This document shows positions 1 to 11,598 of a stretch of DNA of 32,505 nt, one piece after another. The stretch spans positions 1-32,505 of the forward strand of contig JAVECL010000259.1 of assembly GCA_051942245.1 (NCBI GenBank), read 5' to 3'. This DNA is from Trypethelium eluteriae (lineage: Eukaryota). The notes beneath the pieces are model-generated. The model was not told the DNA's origin. It worked only from the letters and a program-made list of their open reading frames with translations, and did no database searches. The translations under genes and the position numbers were made by a program. Positions within the stretch are counted from its first letter, which is position 1. Every line of letters starts with the position of its first letter.

Positions 1-623
1 TTCCGCCCTTCATTGATCCGGGAGAGGTGGTTGTGTAAGATTGTGAAAAGTATCTAATTCTGGGAGAGATCATGGGGACTCGTTCTTGTATACAATGGAT
101 GTTCTGGGAGAAGGGCTTGTATGGTTTGCTATCCGTCTGCATCTGGCGGAGTATGTGCTCAACTTTCCCTAGGGGAGAGATAGACTATTTGGAAAGATGT
201 GTAAATACCACCAGTTCTGAGCTCTCCACATTGAAATGAACATATTGCAACTTCTGCATGTGTCTTTCAGGAGAGAGTGCCTATCACTAGGTGGCAATCG
301 TCAAGGATGCGTAGCTGATGAAATGAAGCTTGATAGTCGAAAATAAGCTTAATAGTAGGTGTGGATACCACTAACATCTATATGTGCGAGCTCCAAAGAT
401 CGACTGAGCACTTCATGTAAGACACTCCACTCAACTGCGGTGCGCGTCCCTAGTGGAATACCTTATCCCAACGTCTGCTGGGTCCACTTTTCAGAAGAGA
501 CTCGGCCATCAAATAAAACGATTCGAAAAGTCCAACATAATATCTTATACCCTATATCCTAACCATTTGTATGAACAACTCCACTTCAATACGAATGACA
601 GTCAGGGATCAGAAAGAGCCTCA

Positions 624-1556
624 TCAATTCGCGCATTGCACGCCCCAGTGAGGCGTGCAATGTGCAATATTGACAAGATGATACCGGGACTTGAGGACAA
701 GGACTTCGAGCTCAAATTCTTCGCAACCCACTCAGAGCTGGAAAGCCGACAAAGGGTGATTAAGGGTGATTAAGGAGATAGTTTCCCATCATTCCTTGTA
801 CGATATCTCACGGACTTTATCGTCGTGCTTTTCGGACCTTGGTCGAGAAACCGGGCCCAATATCGCAGGAGATTTGACAAGACAATCACTTCCACACAAT
901 ATTGCTTGTACTTCTCAGAGTACTTCCACCCCCTTCAAAAATCTGGACTCCCTGCAAGACTTTTGCGGTCTGTCCTGCCTCTGAAAACTATCATACAAGC
1001 CCTTCAGAACGGCATGCTCATTCTGGACTTGATTCTTCAACAGTGCGTCATGCTGAGTTGCTTCAAGAAACTTCTTATTATCACATTGGTCGAAGCTGTC
1101 TTTGAAGTTTGGGATTATGATGTCGCCGGTGTGCTTGGCTACAGAAGCGGCTTCCCTGCACGCATATTGCTTACGAGAGACCTACTGCATAAAGATTGGT
1201 TTCTTTACAACTTGGTCCTGGACCATTTCTGAATGCGGGGAGTCATGCCTCTTCCGCATTGAGGAAAGCCGCGCAAAAGTCGTCTGCGTCCGAAACTTTA
1301 GCCTAGTCTGGTTAAGAGGTAGAGCAGGACGTATATAGTGCTCGAAAGGACTGCCTATGAAGAAGATGGATGAATAATATGTGACCAGGCACGAACCAAC
1401 TCTTAAGTCTGCCTCGTTATCGTAGTACCTGCTTTGCGCATCCTGCAGGAGCCTTGTCAGCATCTTCGTCCCTCGAGATCTCAGCAAGGCGGACAGGGAC
1501 ATGGAATGTCTAGTTATGGTGATGCTTATATTCCGTGCTGCTGTGTGTTCGTGCAT
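624..1556 (-). pseudogene. Possible decayed coding sequence of unknown family
   Basis: One minus-strand frame runs ~310 codons with only 4 internal stops (1182-1184, 915-917, 789-791, 732-734). No recognisable domain. Confidence 0.2.
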
Positions 1557-3398
1557 TGTGATCGGTGACTTTTGCTGCTTACCTAGGTACAGTCAGCTAG
1601 GCGGATCGACCCGTTGGCATTTCCAACTTCACCGGAGGGCGGCACAAGATCAATGGCTGGACCTGAACGTACGTCACTGAGCCGGTCAGGCGTACCAGGC
1701 CTTCTTCCGAAGCGCCTGTTGGTTTTGATAACTATTGTCGAGGCAGACTTGGCTATGACACAAGACGAGATCGAAGTGAGGCGATGCTATCCAAGAGGTG
1801 TGGGGTTCGCGAATCATTAGCAATGCCGTAAAACGTGTGCTCCGTGCAGCAGATGAAACGAGTAGAAGCGAATAGAAGCTGAGGGGTTGCAAAACAAAAC
1901 GTCGGACGGACTCAAACATCAGGGCGCCAGGGCATCCATCATGCGAGCTTCCCTCTAAGGCGGGACTAATCTGTGTAATGAACGCATTAACCTATCATGG
2001 TAATCCATTCCGATACCCGACAGAATTAGTTGCACGATCAGAAAAGACGGTGGGACCCTGATGGACCATTGCCGATCATGGATTCTGCTTGAGTGAATGA
2101 CTGAGAAACGCCGACAGCCAGACCAGATCAAAGAGCACGGCTTTCAGAGGGTACGGAAGGGCATGCGGGCATCCTCATTTCACCAGATGATTTCATTCCT
2201 GGAGGCTTAAGCCACGAAATTGGGCTCATAGCTGAAAGAAATACCCGGGCTAGAGATCGGCCGAAAATCATAAATATGGAAGGCTGCATCAGGGCATGAA
2301 AGAAGAAATGTCGGCGCTAATTATCAGGTGTGACCGAATTAGGTATTGGACCTCGACAGGCTCAGGGAGTCCATCAACGAGGTTCTTTCAAGGTTAAGTC
2401 AGACAGAGAGCTCAGTACCCAGTAGGGTACCGAACAAAAATCTGTAAGAGATTTACCTGATATTTCAGTTGGACCTTATCTATACTTTTTACTCCGTATA
2501 CGCATCCACACGTTTTTCATCTGGAGTCTTGGGGTCCCGGTCGCGCACCCTCTGCTGGGTCGGGTCTTCCAGTAAGGCTGGACCCAGTCAACAAGGGAGG
2601 GCCCCAGTCTTGCAGGGAGATCGCTGCTGCGGCTCTGTCTCTGGGGTGTCTGGTCTCGGATAACCATCGGCAGGGTGGGCAGTATTCGGATAATTGTGAA
2701 TGATGAGTTTTGGATTCGAAGTAGCCTGATGCGACCTCTTATGGTCTTCCACTCTGGATACATAGTGGTACGAAGCTAACACCACCACATTGCGGATATT
2801 GACGGGGTCTGGGGCGGTGACCACGGGCCGTTGAGTCTTTTCACTCCACCACCGCCACGTTCCTCACATCCTTGTTAGAGCTGCTTCCTTAGTTGCTGGT
2901 CGGTGGAGACCCCGCAGAGTCGGAAACGCCAAACAGCGAGCCCTGATTGGCGGCGTGTCGCGTGCAGGTTGCACGAAGCATGTCCAGACTGGGCATAGTT
3001 TACTGAGGGCTTGCAGATCGGGTCACGGGCATCGAAGCCCACGAGCTACAGCGAATCACTGCAGGTCACATTCCCGCCTCCCAAGCAACCAAGTGTTGCT
3101 CTGGCCGTCGCCAAGGATTCCACACTCTGGCTGTCCCGTTAAACAAATCACGGCAACCCACAAGCGGCTGGACCGAGCTCAGCCAACAGCGGGGTCCGTG
3201 TCAGCCCTCGCACATCAATTCTGCGCCCTGAAGGTGTATTTATGCCTCTATCTCTCCACCGGCTTTACGCCTCTGCCGCTCACTTAACTACCTCCCGCAG
3301 AGTCTGGCTTTTGCTTCACCCACCGCCTCGCTCTCCCCACCATCACTTTCCTCACTCTTCTCCCCCACCCTTCTGCTGCTCTGTAGTTGACCACCATC

Positions 3399-5383
3399 AT
3401 GTCGACCGAGCTCAATGAGAAGGGCGTTGAAAAGACCGCAAGTGAGGAATCGCCTGCGAGCCATCATGGTGCTTCTGTGCCCGAGCATCTCGAAGGCAAG
3501 AAACGTGATCTTTATGATGTCGATACCTCTGATAGGCACGCTCTAAATGCTGTCTTCGAGAATCCTTTGGCCAATGTGCCTCGCGAGCAGCTCATGCAAG
3601 ATGTCGAGCAATTCTGCGAGCAGTATGGCCTCACGGATCACGTCGAGGTCATGAAGAAGGGAGCTCTTGTTTCTCAGCGCCCCTACGCCATTCAAGAAAT
3701 GGACGAGCTCACTCCCGATGACAAAGCTGTCCTTCTTCGCGAACATACCCATAAGTGGGATCAGCCGTGGCAACTGTATTGGCTTGTCTCAATGGCCTCT
3801 CTTGCTGCAGCCGTTCAGGGTATGGACGAAACAGTCAACAACGGTGCCCAAGCCTTCTACCTCGATGTTTTTAACATTGTCCCGGCCGATAACAGACCTT
3901 CGCGGTTCTCGCTTGCAGAGCAAGACAATCTCACAGGTCTCATCGTCGGCGCTCCATATCTCGCTTGTGCTATCCTGGGATGCTGGTTGACGGAACCGTT
4001 GAACAGTATCCTTGCCCGTCGAGGTACCATTTTTCTGTCATGCTTCATTGCCGCCGTTGCCTCTATCTGGGAAGGCGTTGCCAACTCTTGGGTCAACCTC
4101 TTTATCGCTCGCTTCGTCCTCGGTCTCGGTATTGGTTCCAAATCCACCACAGTCCCGGTTTACACTGCCGAATGTGCCCCAGCTCCTATTCGAGGTGCCC
4201 TGGTCATGCAATGGCAGGTCTGGACAGCCTTCGGAATCATGATTGGCAATATTATGGGCGTGGCCTTTGGTGGTCTCCGCGAGGATCTCGCCTGGCGATT
4301 AATTCTTGGTTCCACCGTCGTTCTACCCATCCTCGTCTGTGCCCAGGTCTACTTCTGCCCGGAATCTCCTCGTTGGCTCATCCAACACGGCAAAATGCAA
4401 AAGGCATATCGCGCATTCCGTATTCTCCGAAAGACTGATATCCAGGCCGCACGTGACCTTTACTATACCCACGTTGGTGTTGAGATTGAACGCAAGATCA
4501 ATACCGGCAAGAACATTTTCACACAGTTCGGGGAACTCTTCACTATCCCCCGTAATCGTCGCGCCACTTGGGCAACGTGGATTGTCATGTTTGGCCAGCA
4601 ATTCTGCGGTGTCAACGTCATCGCCTACTATTCCACCACAATTTTCGAGCAAAGTGGTTATGGACGAAACAATGCTTTATTGGCGTCTATGGGTACTGGA
4701 ATTCTCAACTGGGTATTTGCGCTTCCGGCTTTCTTCACCATCGATACTTTCGGTCGCCGTAACTTGCTTCTCCTCACCTTTCCATTCCTCTGCATATTCC
4801 TGCTCTGGACGGGAATGTCATTCTTCATCCCTGAGAATAAGGATCCTGTCACTGGGAAAGTTCAAACTGCTCGTATTGCCATGGTCACGACAGGAATGTA
4901 CCTCTACGAATGCTTCTACTCTCCAGGAATGGGACCGGTACCTTTCTCGTACTCGGCCGAGGCTTTTCCCATGCATGTTCGTGACGTGGGAATGTCTTGG
5001 GCTACTTCTACGACGTGGTGCTTCAATTTTATCCTCTCGTTCACATGGCCTCATTTGCTCACTGCCTTCAAGCCACAAGGTGCATTTGGCTGGTATGCTG
5101 CCTGGTGTCTGATCCTATGGGTTCTGGTGCTTCTTTTCATGCCGGAGACCAAAGGTAAGTCGTTATTCTGAACTTATTAAACAATGGAATGTATCGCTGA
5201 CGCAACTGGGTAGCTCTCACTTTGGAAGAACTCGACCAGGTCTTCTCTGTGCCAACCTGGAAACACACAAGCTACCAAATCAAGAACGCCACCTGGCACA
5301 TCCGGAAGTACGTCTTCTTCCAGCGCAATCTCGAGCCCCTCCCTCCATTCTACCAGGGTGCCGAAAAACTCATGGAGTCTTAA
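3399..5383 (+). CDS. MFS sugar porter family transporter (polyol/myo-inositol transporter-like), ~641 aa; exons 3399-5154, 5214-5383
   Basis: Sugar-porter motifs LARRG, RFVLGLGIG, YTAECAPAPIRG, PESPRWL, QQFCGVN, DTFGRR, PETK. Intron 5155-5213 (GTAAGT...GCTGAC...TAG) restores PETKALTLEELDQVF; stop TAA 5381-5383. First ATG is 3399 (track starts at a TTG). Confidence 0.95.
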
Positions 5384-6867
5384 AACACACCAACACAAAA
5401 GGCTGATTTGGAGCTGCGTTGAATACTTCCGGGTGGAGGGTAATAGCGGGCGAGTGATGTGGCTTTTACAGTGATACCAAACATACTTTCTTTGACAGTC
5501 CTTGTCAGTAGTTTAGTGCTCATTAATATAAAGTCTCATTCCTTGAGCTTTGAGAAAGACTCGATATCGTTCCGGGTGCCACTGAGCGATCCTTGAACAG
5601 ATTAATCTCTATTGAGGTAAGAAGAAAAGGGCGATTTGTATGATGTCTGGTCTCTCAGAAGCCTCCCATGAAATTTGCTGAATATGATGAGGTCTGATGA
5701 GCTTCCGATGGTACAGAGTATCTCTTCACATGATCGCGTGTATCTCCTACCTAAATGTGCATCAAGATCACCCGACTAGCGTGCATTTCTCTCTATATGA
5801 GACGCGCTTTCCACCAAGTCCTGGTCGTCAAAGAACGATCTGTATCTCGATGTTTCGTAGTGTATTCGTTCGTAGGACTGTCTGAACTAATCGCGTATCT
5901 CCTAAATGTCTACTTAATACTTTCTCTGCCTTTCTCACTATAGGTCTTCGGTTAGGGGCTGTGTCTGCACATAATTGTCTCTCCAACGACGGCGAATCTT
6001 AGGTGCGGCTACTGATGAAAACCAGCGGAGAAGCGGAACGCAAATCACAAGAATATCAGGCATTGATCTGTAGAATCTTGATTGCACAAAACGCTTAAAT
6101 CTAGGCTTCTAGCATCATGTCACTCTACATCGAAGTTACCTTTCAAGACGTTACATATCATCCACCATACGAAAGGCCATAACCGCGCTCTCATCTAAGT
6201 AAGTAGTATTCACTGTCCCATGAAAAGCTCGCTCCATACTCTAATAGAATCTACGACTCTGGATCATTAGAATGCTGCGCGAGGTCATTTGTTGGGTTGA
6301 AATGCCGTCTTTGAAAGAAGTAGGAGTCAGCTGATGTGCTACTCTGGGAGACAGCCCGAGAGCAGCGCTATAACCCGATCCAAACAAGAATGAGAGATTG
6401 CAAAACCTCAGGACTGAACCGCTCTTGCAAGCAGAAATCTACTGAATAGCTTGTTGTCCGAGGGATTCACCAGTTCATTGGCAGCCATTAAGGGGCTTGC
6501 CTTGAACAGTGACAATATCACCGAGCATGCCGGCTTACACCAAAGAATCCGAGCAACCGAAGTGCGGCTTGCCATTGCAGTCGACTTCAGATGGTCATAG
6601 ATGTCATGAGCTCCCTTTTTGAGAAATGCATTTTGAAAGGCAAGAGTATCTAAGCTCAGATTGGACGCTGAGGATCTCACCAGTCGTGAACGTCTCGAAA
6701 TTCGCAAGCGCCCCTTCGCCCCCTTCGCCCCTTCTAGTTTAATTTCACCTTGAGCTCCGTTCAACTCGCTGATAAGCTTATGCTCTTCCTTGCCCTCCAC
6801 AGCCCATGCTTCTCGTCAGCCAAGCAGCATGAAGCCCTTCAGACGTCTGGACCTCTTCCGCTGAACC

Positions 6868-7459
6868 TCAACCATCTATACCCTCCCCGTCTCCTCCAGA
6901 ATTTACATCCTGAAGATGAGTCGCGTCGAGCTTCTTCTTTCCCTGCTCAATCAGCTGTTCCAGCTCCCTCCTCACATCCTCGCGAGACATTGGGTAGAAC
7001 GCCGCGTCCTGCATGCCATCCGTATCACCAGGCTGGTCCCTCTCCTTGTCTGCTCCGGCAAGAGAAATTTGGTCTGGCACACTTTCTTCCGCGGGCTTTT
7101 CAAACTCCTCTTTCTCCGCACTAGGGTTTGTCTCAGATGCAACAGAGTCGTTCTGCTGTTGCTGCCAGTAGTCGTGATGCGGGAGCTCGCTCAGCCATGT
7201 TAGAATCTTCCTTCGTTTGGTCGGTGGAAGTGGAGCCGGGAGGCGGCGTTTGATGAAGGCTAGGGATGGAGTAGAGTCGAAGGTCGTGGCGGTGGCGGAC
7301 TTTTTACGCTTGGAGGCTGGTTCTTGCTGCTGCTGCTCGAGGTGAGAAATAAGGCAAAGGATGACACGGTTTGTGGGAAGAGATAATGAAAAGGTGGGAT
7401 GTACGAACTTCTTGCTTGACACCGTTGGAAGCGTTCAATCCTGCCTTTCTTTTGGCCAT
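6868..7459 (-). CDS. Hypothetical, probably nuclear, protein; exon 1 7409-7459, exon 2 from ~7332 to 6868; possible third exon 6408-6808
   Basis: ATG 7459 (MAKRKAGLNASNGVKQE), donor GTTCGT at 7408, pyrimidine-rich intron with CTCAC branch and tandem CAG acceptors joining in phase 0 to the 184-aa ORF. Basic NLS-like PASKRKKS and PTKRRK, acidic/helical C-terminal half. No family recognised. Confidence 0.5.
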
Positions 7460-7981
7460 GGCGAGAATTCGAAGACTCCGGGGCGCTTGATGGGCCAACG
7501 ATGAAGTAGTAGGTAGGGAATGAATACTCCAGGCGAAGTACGACAACGAGAGACCGCAATGAAGATAAATGACGGAATAGTAGTAGAAGATATAGCGGAG
7601 AATGATATTGTGAGGTGTGGCAGAGAGAAAGGAAGAAAAACGTGATTTTGTAAATGCCTGAAAGTGGGCTCAGTGAGGTGAATGAAAGATTCGCACTCAC
7701 ATGCGTTACGTTGTGATAACGCTCCATTCGTTGCAGAGATTGAAGGAACTATAACCGAAGGCTACTCTCGGACATCACAGATCCAAGATATTCGATAGTT
7801 GTAAGCTGAGGTCTGCCCAGTGGCTATGCGGTAATGACTCGTTAGTTGGCAATGAGGCCTCAGAATGAATAGTGAAGCCATTAATGGGTCTTTGCAAACT
7901 CTAAGATAATGGTAAAGCATGCATTGTCCCGTAGTCCATGATCTCTATCCATGGACCTCTCGACGCGAGTAACAGAGCAGG

Positions 7982-8166
7982 TACCTTACCACGGCTAGGG
8001 GGTTCCTCAACTGGTAATTAACACAATGTTACCTCCATCTAATTGTTATGGCCATGTTGGCCTATGTTAAGGCGGTGTTAACATGGACCAACAAGGCCAT
8101 AACAGTGAAGTCGAAATAACATTATGTTAATTACCAGTTGAGGAACCCCCCAGCCGCGATAAGGTA
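7982..8166. repeat. Long imperfect inverted repeat (89-bp arms, 7-nt loop); MITE-like or hairpin RNA
   Basis: 7982-8070 matches the reverse complement of 8078-8166 without gaps, about 75/89 identical by manual alignment; loop GGCGGTG; both ends are TA. Confidence 0.92.
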
Positions 8167-10850
8167 TGTAGTGGACATCTACGTAAAGTGCGATGGAGTA
8201 CGGGAGAGTCCGAGGTTGTGTATTTGGATTGTTAAAGATGGATGTAGAGATTTCGTCTAAGTGCATAGCACGAGTGAGCATGACTAGATAGGTGGGTACC
8301 TAACCTAAGGTACCTTCAAATCCAGAGTAATGCTATTTTGTCACACGAGACCTAGGAAGAAGAGAGAGGCCAGTTTCAAGCAGAAAGAAAGACAGGCACT
8401 TGCCAGCAAAAGCGTCTGCTCGACTGGTTCCACAGTGTAGCCTATCGAATAATTCTAGAAAAAGCCGTGCACGAACATTTGCGAAAGGATCAAGGGATTG
8501 AGGGAAGCTCCGGTGCTCCCTTGCAGAGAGCTAGCAATGACGTGCATCCCGACGGGCCGCATCTGCGACCCTTAGGCGGCGGCAGTGTAGCGCAGCTAAA
8601 TGGTTACACAGAGATCTTAGAGTCGCTATCCGGGTACGTACTTCCTATTACGACTTTGGTCAGCTGCGATGTCGGCCGACGGAGGACGGGGTCGGGCAGC
8701 GCAGCGGTGCAACACCAACCCGCCGTGAGAGAAGAGGTTGATATTTGTTTCTCGGCTGATATCTTAGGGATGTGGTTACACGCCATCTCTTTATCCGCTC
8801 GGCTTTGACATATTCAATGCGCGGGCATGACGAAGTAGGAGCGCTCTGTAGCGATTTGGGAGGGCTTATCGCACTACTACCCAAAGAGTGTAGGAGTGGC
8901 GCGTTCCCCTCAAGGAATATGTTTCAAAACGACGAGTTAGGAAATCGGGGGATTGTCAAGCGCAGGTACGTCCTGAACGTTTTACGCTTTGCGCAGTTGG
9001 TCCCATGTCGTTGGCCGTTGCATTCCCTGGAACAATTTATTGGGGAGTGATGGATAAGGGTCTCTGCTGCGGCCGAGCATCTCCAGAATATGATGGCTCG
9101 GACGACCTTCGACGGACTCAAACAACAATGTTTCCATCCCACATTCGGTCACTTCGCTTGGGAGGCCAGAAGATGGATGGCGCGTTAAGGTCTGGCAAAC
9201 TCATGACGAGTCGGATTACACGCTGCGGCAACTGTATGCAGCCTGGCTTTTGACAGGTCTGAAAGTATCTTGAGGTTGCACCTCCTGATGATCTCCCGCG
9301 ACGACACCGAGATTACCGAATTGGACGGCAAAAAAAACGAACAGAGGTAGATGAGGCTTGGCAGCAGGTGTTGATCGTAACCCTAATAGACGCCTTCTGC
9401 TTTAGCGAAAGCGCCGTGCAGGAGTGCTATAGGGACGAGGTGAAACAGACGCGAAAAGGGTTGCAATGAAATATGGTGAGTCTTAAGGAGCAGACCGCCG
9501 CTGTCGTCACAGTCGATAGATTTTTGCCTGATCGTTCAGATTGCGCCCGGAATCCGACTAAGTCCGCAGCTTTCCTATCTTCGAAGTGGGTTCAGAGCAG
9601 GATCATCAGACGCTGACATGTATCCGTACTTGTTTGATCGTGGTGGGCCGGGAGCAAGGGGTGAAGGTCCCTCCCATATGACTAGGTAGGTTTGCGCAAC
9701 GTGCGAGAGCACGGATGTGGAGGGGTTGATGTTAATTACTGTACGGTGTGGTACGATGGCCAGTAGAAAAGAGCATGTACATACCAGATGGGTCAGGTCC
9801 CAACCTCTGACCATGTGGCTTTCCAAGCCACTGGGTCGCGCCCGGCCAGGATCGTTCATGCAGACCGCTGTTTTGGGACGGCAGGCCAATCCTTACGTGC
9901 CACTGGACAACGTCAGAGATTCCATCAACCCTATGATGATATTATCAGCAGCATGCATCATGATGGCCCCATTTCTGCCCTCATCTGAATCCTACCGTGT
10001 CCCCCCCGTATCCTGTCAGAAGGACGTTTGATATGATATCTGCAGCCACGGCTAAAGTAGCTTCCCGGCCCGGCAGTTTGCTGATCTTACTAGGAAGCCA
10101 GGCCCGTTAGATCCGCCCAGCCGGCTTAGATATAGAGTACCGTAGGTGCATGCTGTGGAGGCCATGCGGCTTAGAAAAATCGGGCAAGTCCATTCGTCCC
10201 TCTATTCGACATCTCCGTGGCTGAGGTTCTATAATCCCAAGCACCAGCTCTTTGGAGTTCGAGCGCCGTGAGACACCCTTACGGCGCGTACCTGAAATGC
10301 GGAACATTGCACCGGAAATTATTTCTTTGCCTTCTTCAAATCCTTCTCCTCCATTTTCATCCTTTAACGCTGTGACACGTTCAATCTCGCTCATTCCGCC
10401 CCTCCGCGAGTCTAGTTGACCGCGCTTTGTAACAGGGATGAGCTACCTGGTATTGCAACCCATGACCGCGGCGCCGGCTTCTCAAGCCATGAGCTGCCTT
10501 AGTCTGAAAAGTCCCCATGAAGCTGCTCTGCTTCCGTCCTGAGGTAGTCATCGGTCAGTCCCAGAAGGGCATAGGACAGCTGAGAGAGAACTCCTTCGTA
10601 CTACAGCTGTCGCTTTCGTGCCTCAGTTGGCTACAACCCCTTCCTGTCTTGGAAACATGAGGCTTAACCCCAAGCTTCACTTTATTGGTAAACGAGACTA
10701 CATACCTGTCCTTAGTGGACGGCAACGTTGATTCGCGTACAATTAGAAGTGAGGGCCAGAAGGATTATAAGAACACCCTGACCTATCGTACTCTCCATCA
10801 CTCATCACTCGTCACCATCACCGTCTTTTCCGGTAGGCTGTCATCGCAAG

Positions 10851-11106
10851 GTACGAACTTCCCTGCAATTCGTGATCATTCTTTACACATCCCACGCAGC
10901 TCCAACTCAGCAAACGGCGTGTTGAAGGTTGCTTTTTGCTATTGAGACCTATCGAGCAGGTCTATCCCGTGTCTGACGCCCCCCGAACTGACTGCTTAGT
11001 CTTAGGGTAAGTACCGGACTATAAAGTCAAGTGAACATCCACCAAGAAACTTGCTGCATCGTGAGTCGATCTGAGTCGATCTGCCGCTGACATTCTCGGC
11101 GTTCAG
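10851..11106 (+). other. 5'-UTR introns of the microprotein gene (10851-10999 and 11007-11106) flanking a 7-nt micro-exon
   Basis: AAG|GTACGA donor 10851, ACTGAC branch and TTAG acceptor 10999; G|GTAAGT donor 11007, GCTGAC branch and TTCAG acceptor 11106, 12 nt before the ATG. Confidence 0.55.
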
Positions 11107-11118
11107 CCAATCGCGGCG

Positions 11119-11283
11119 ATGGCGGTTCCAGGACAATGCGCCCACGATTTCAAGATGATCAAATCCGATACGACCCTCATTCTCTGGCACTGCAACATCT
11201 GTCACTCCGGCCCCCACTGGCTCATCTACGAATGCAAGTACTGCAAACTCAAGACATGTCGCTCGTGTTCGACCAAGCAGTAG
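11119..11283 (+). CDS. 54-aa Cys/His-rich putative zinc-binding microprotein
   Basis: MAVPGQCAHDFKMIKSDTTLILWHCNICHSGPHWLIYECKYCKLKTCRSCSTKQ*: CxH plus three CxxC pairs; good start context (GCGATGG), C-rich third positions, upstream canonical intron. Shorter than any ORF listed in the track. Confidence 0.85.
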   Translation: MAVPGQCAHDFKMIKSDTTLILWHCNICHSGPHWLIYECKYCKLKTCRSCSTKQ

Positions 11284-11566
11284 TCATTGCGACAGGTTAG
11301 TTTGACTTTCTCAGTCTCGACGACACAGGGAGTTGCTCGGGGAAAGGACGATTGGTCTGTACAGGAATTTGATGTGTCGTCGTCTCGTTTTTCCAAGGTT
11401 GCTGATGAGCATGACGCAGATGTCGCCATGCAGCTGGGTGGCTCCACGCTGCCGGGACAAAACGATCGAGACGTGCGTTGGGGCAGGGATCTTCCCAGAT
11501 GAAGCCATGCGTTAGCGAGCTGTCCGCCACAACATCCCACGCCTCCTCATGCACCTCGGTCTTTAT

Positions 11567-11598
11567 GCCTCGCCTCACCTCGCCTCACCTCGCCTTGG
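11567..11598. repeat. Pentanucleotide microsatellite (RCCTC)n
   Basis: gcctc gcctc acctc gcctc acctc gcctt. Confidence 0.8.

Noticed and set aside
752..775. 10-bp tandem AAGGGTGATT x2.4
   Set aside because: Simple slippage duplication; not TTAGGG telomeric repeat and no spacers.
2700..2760. C-box ATGATGA with downstream CTGA (snoRNA-like)
   Set aside because: No terminal D box at a suitable distance, no terminal stem, no recognisable rRNA guide.
3234..3300. Possible 5'-UTR intron of the transporter
   Set aside because: Donor GTGTAT is weak; not supportable without transcripts.
9933..9988. ATGATGA...CTGA pair
   Set aside because: Only ~55 nt, no guide or terminal stem recognised.
8400..10700. 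Short ORFs and scattered GTACGT donor-like sites
   Set aside because: No coherent exon chain, codon bias or domain; treated as intergenic or possible lncRNA.
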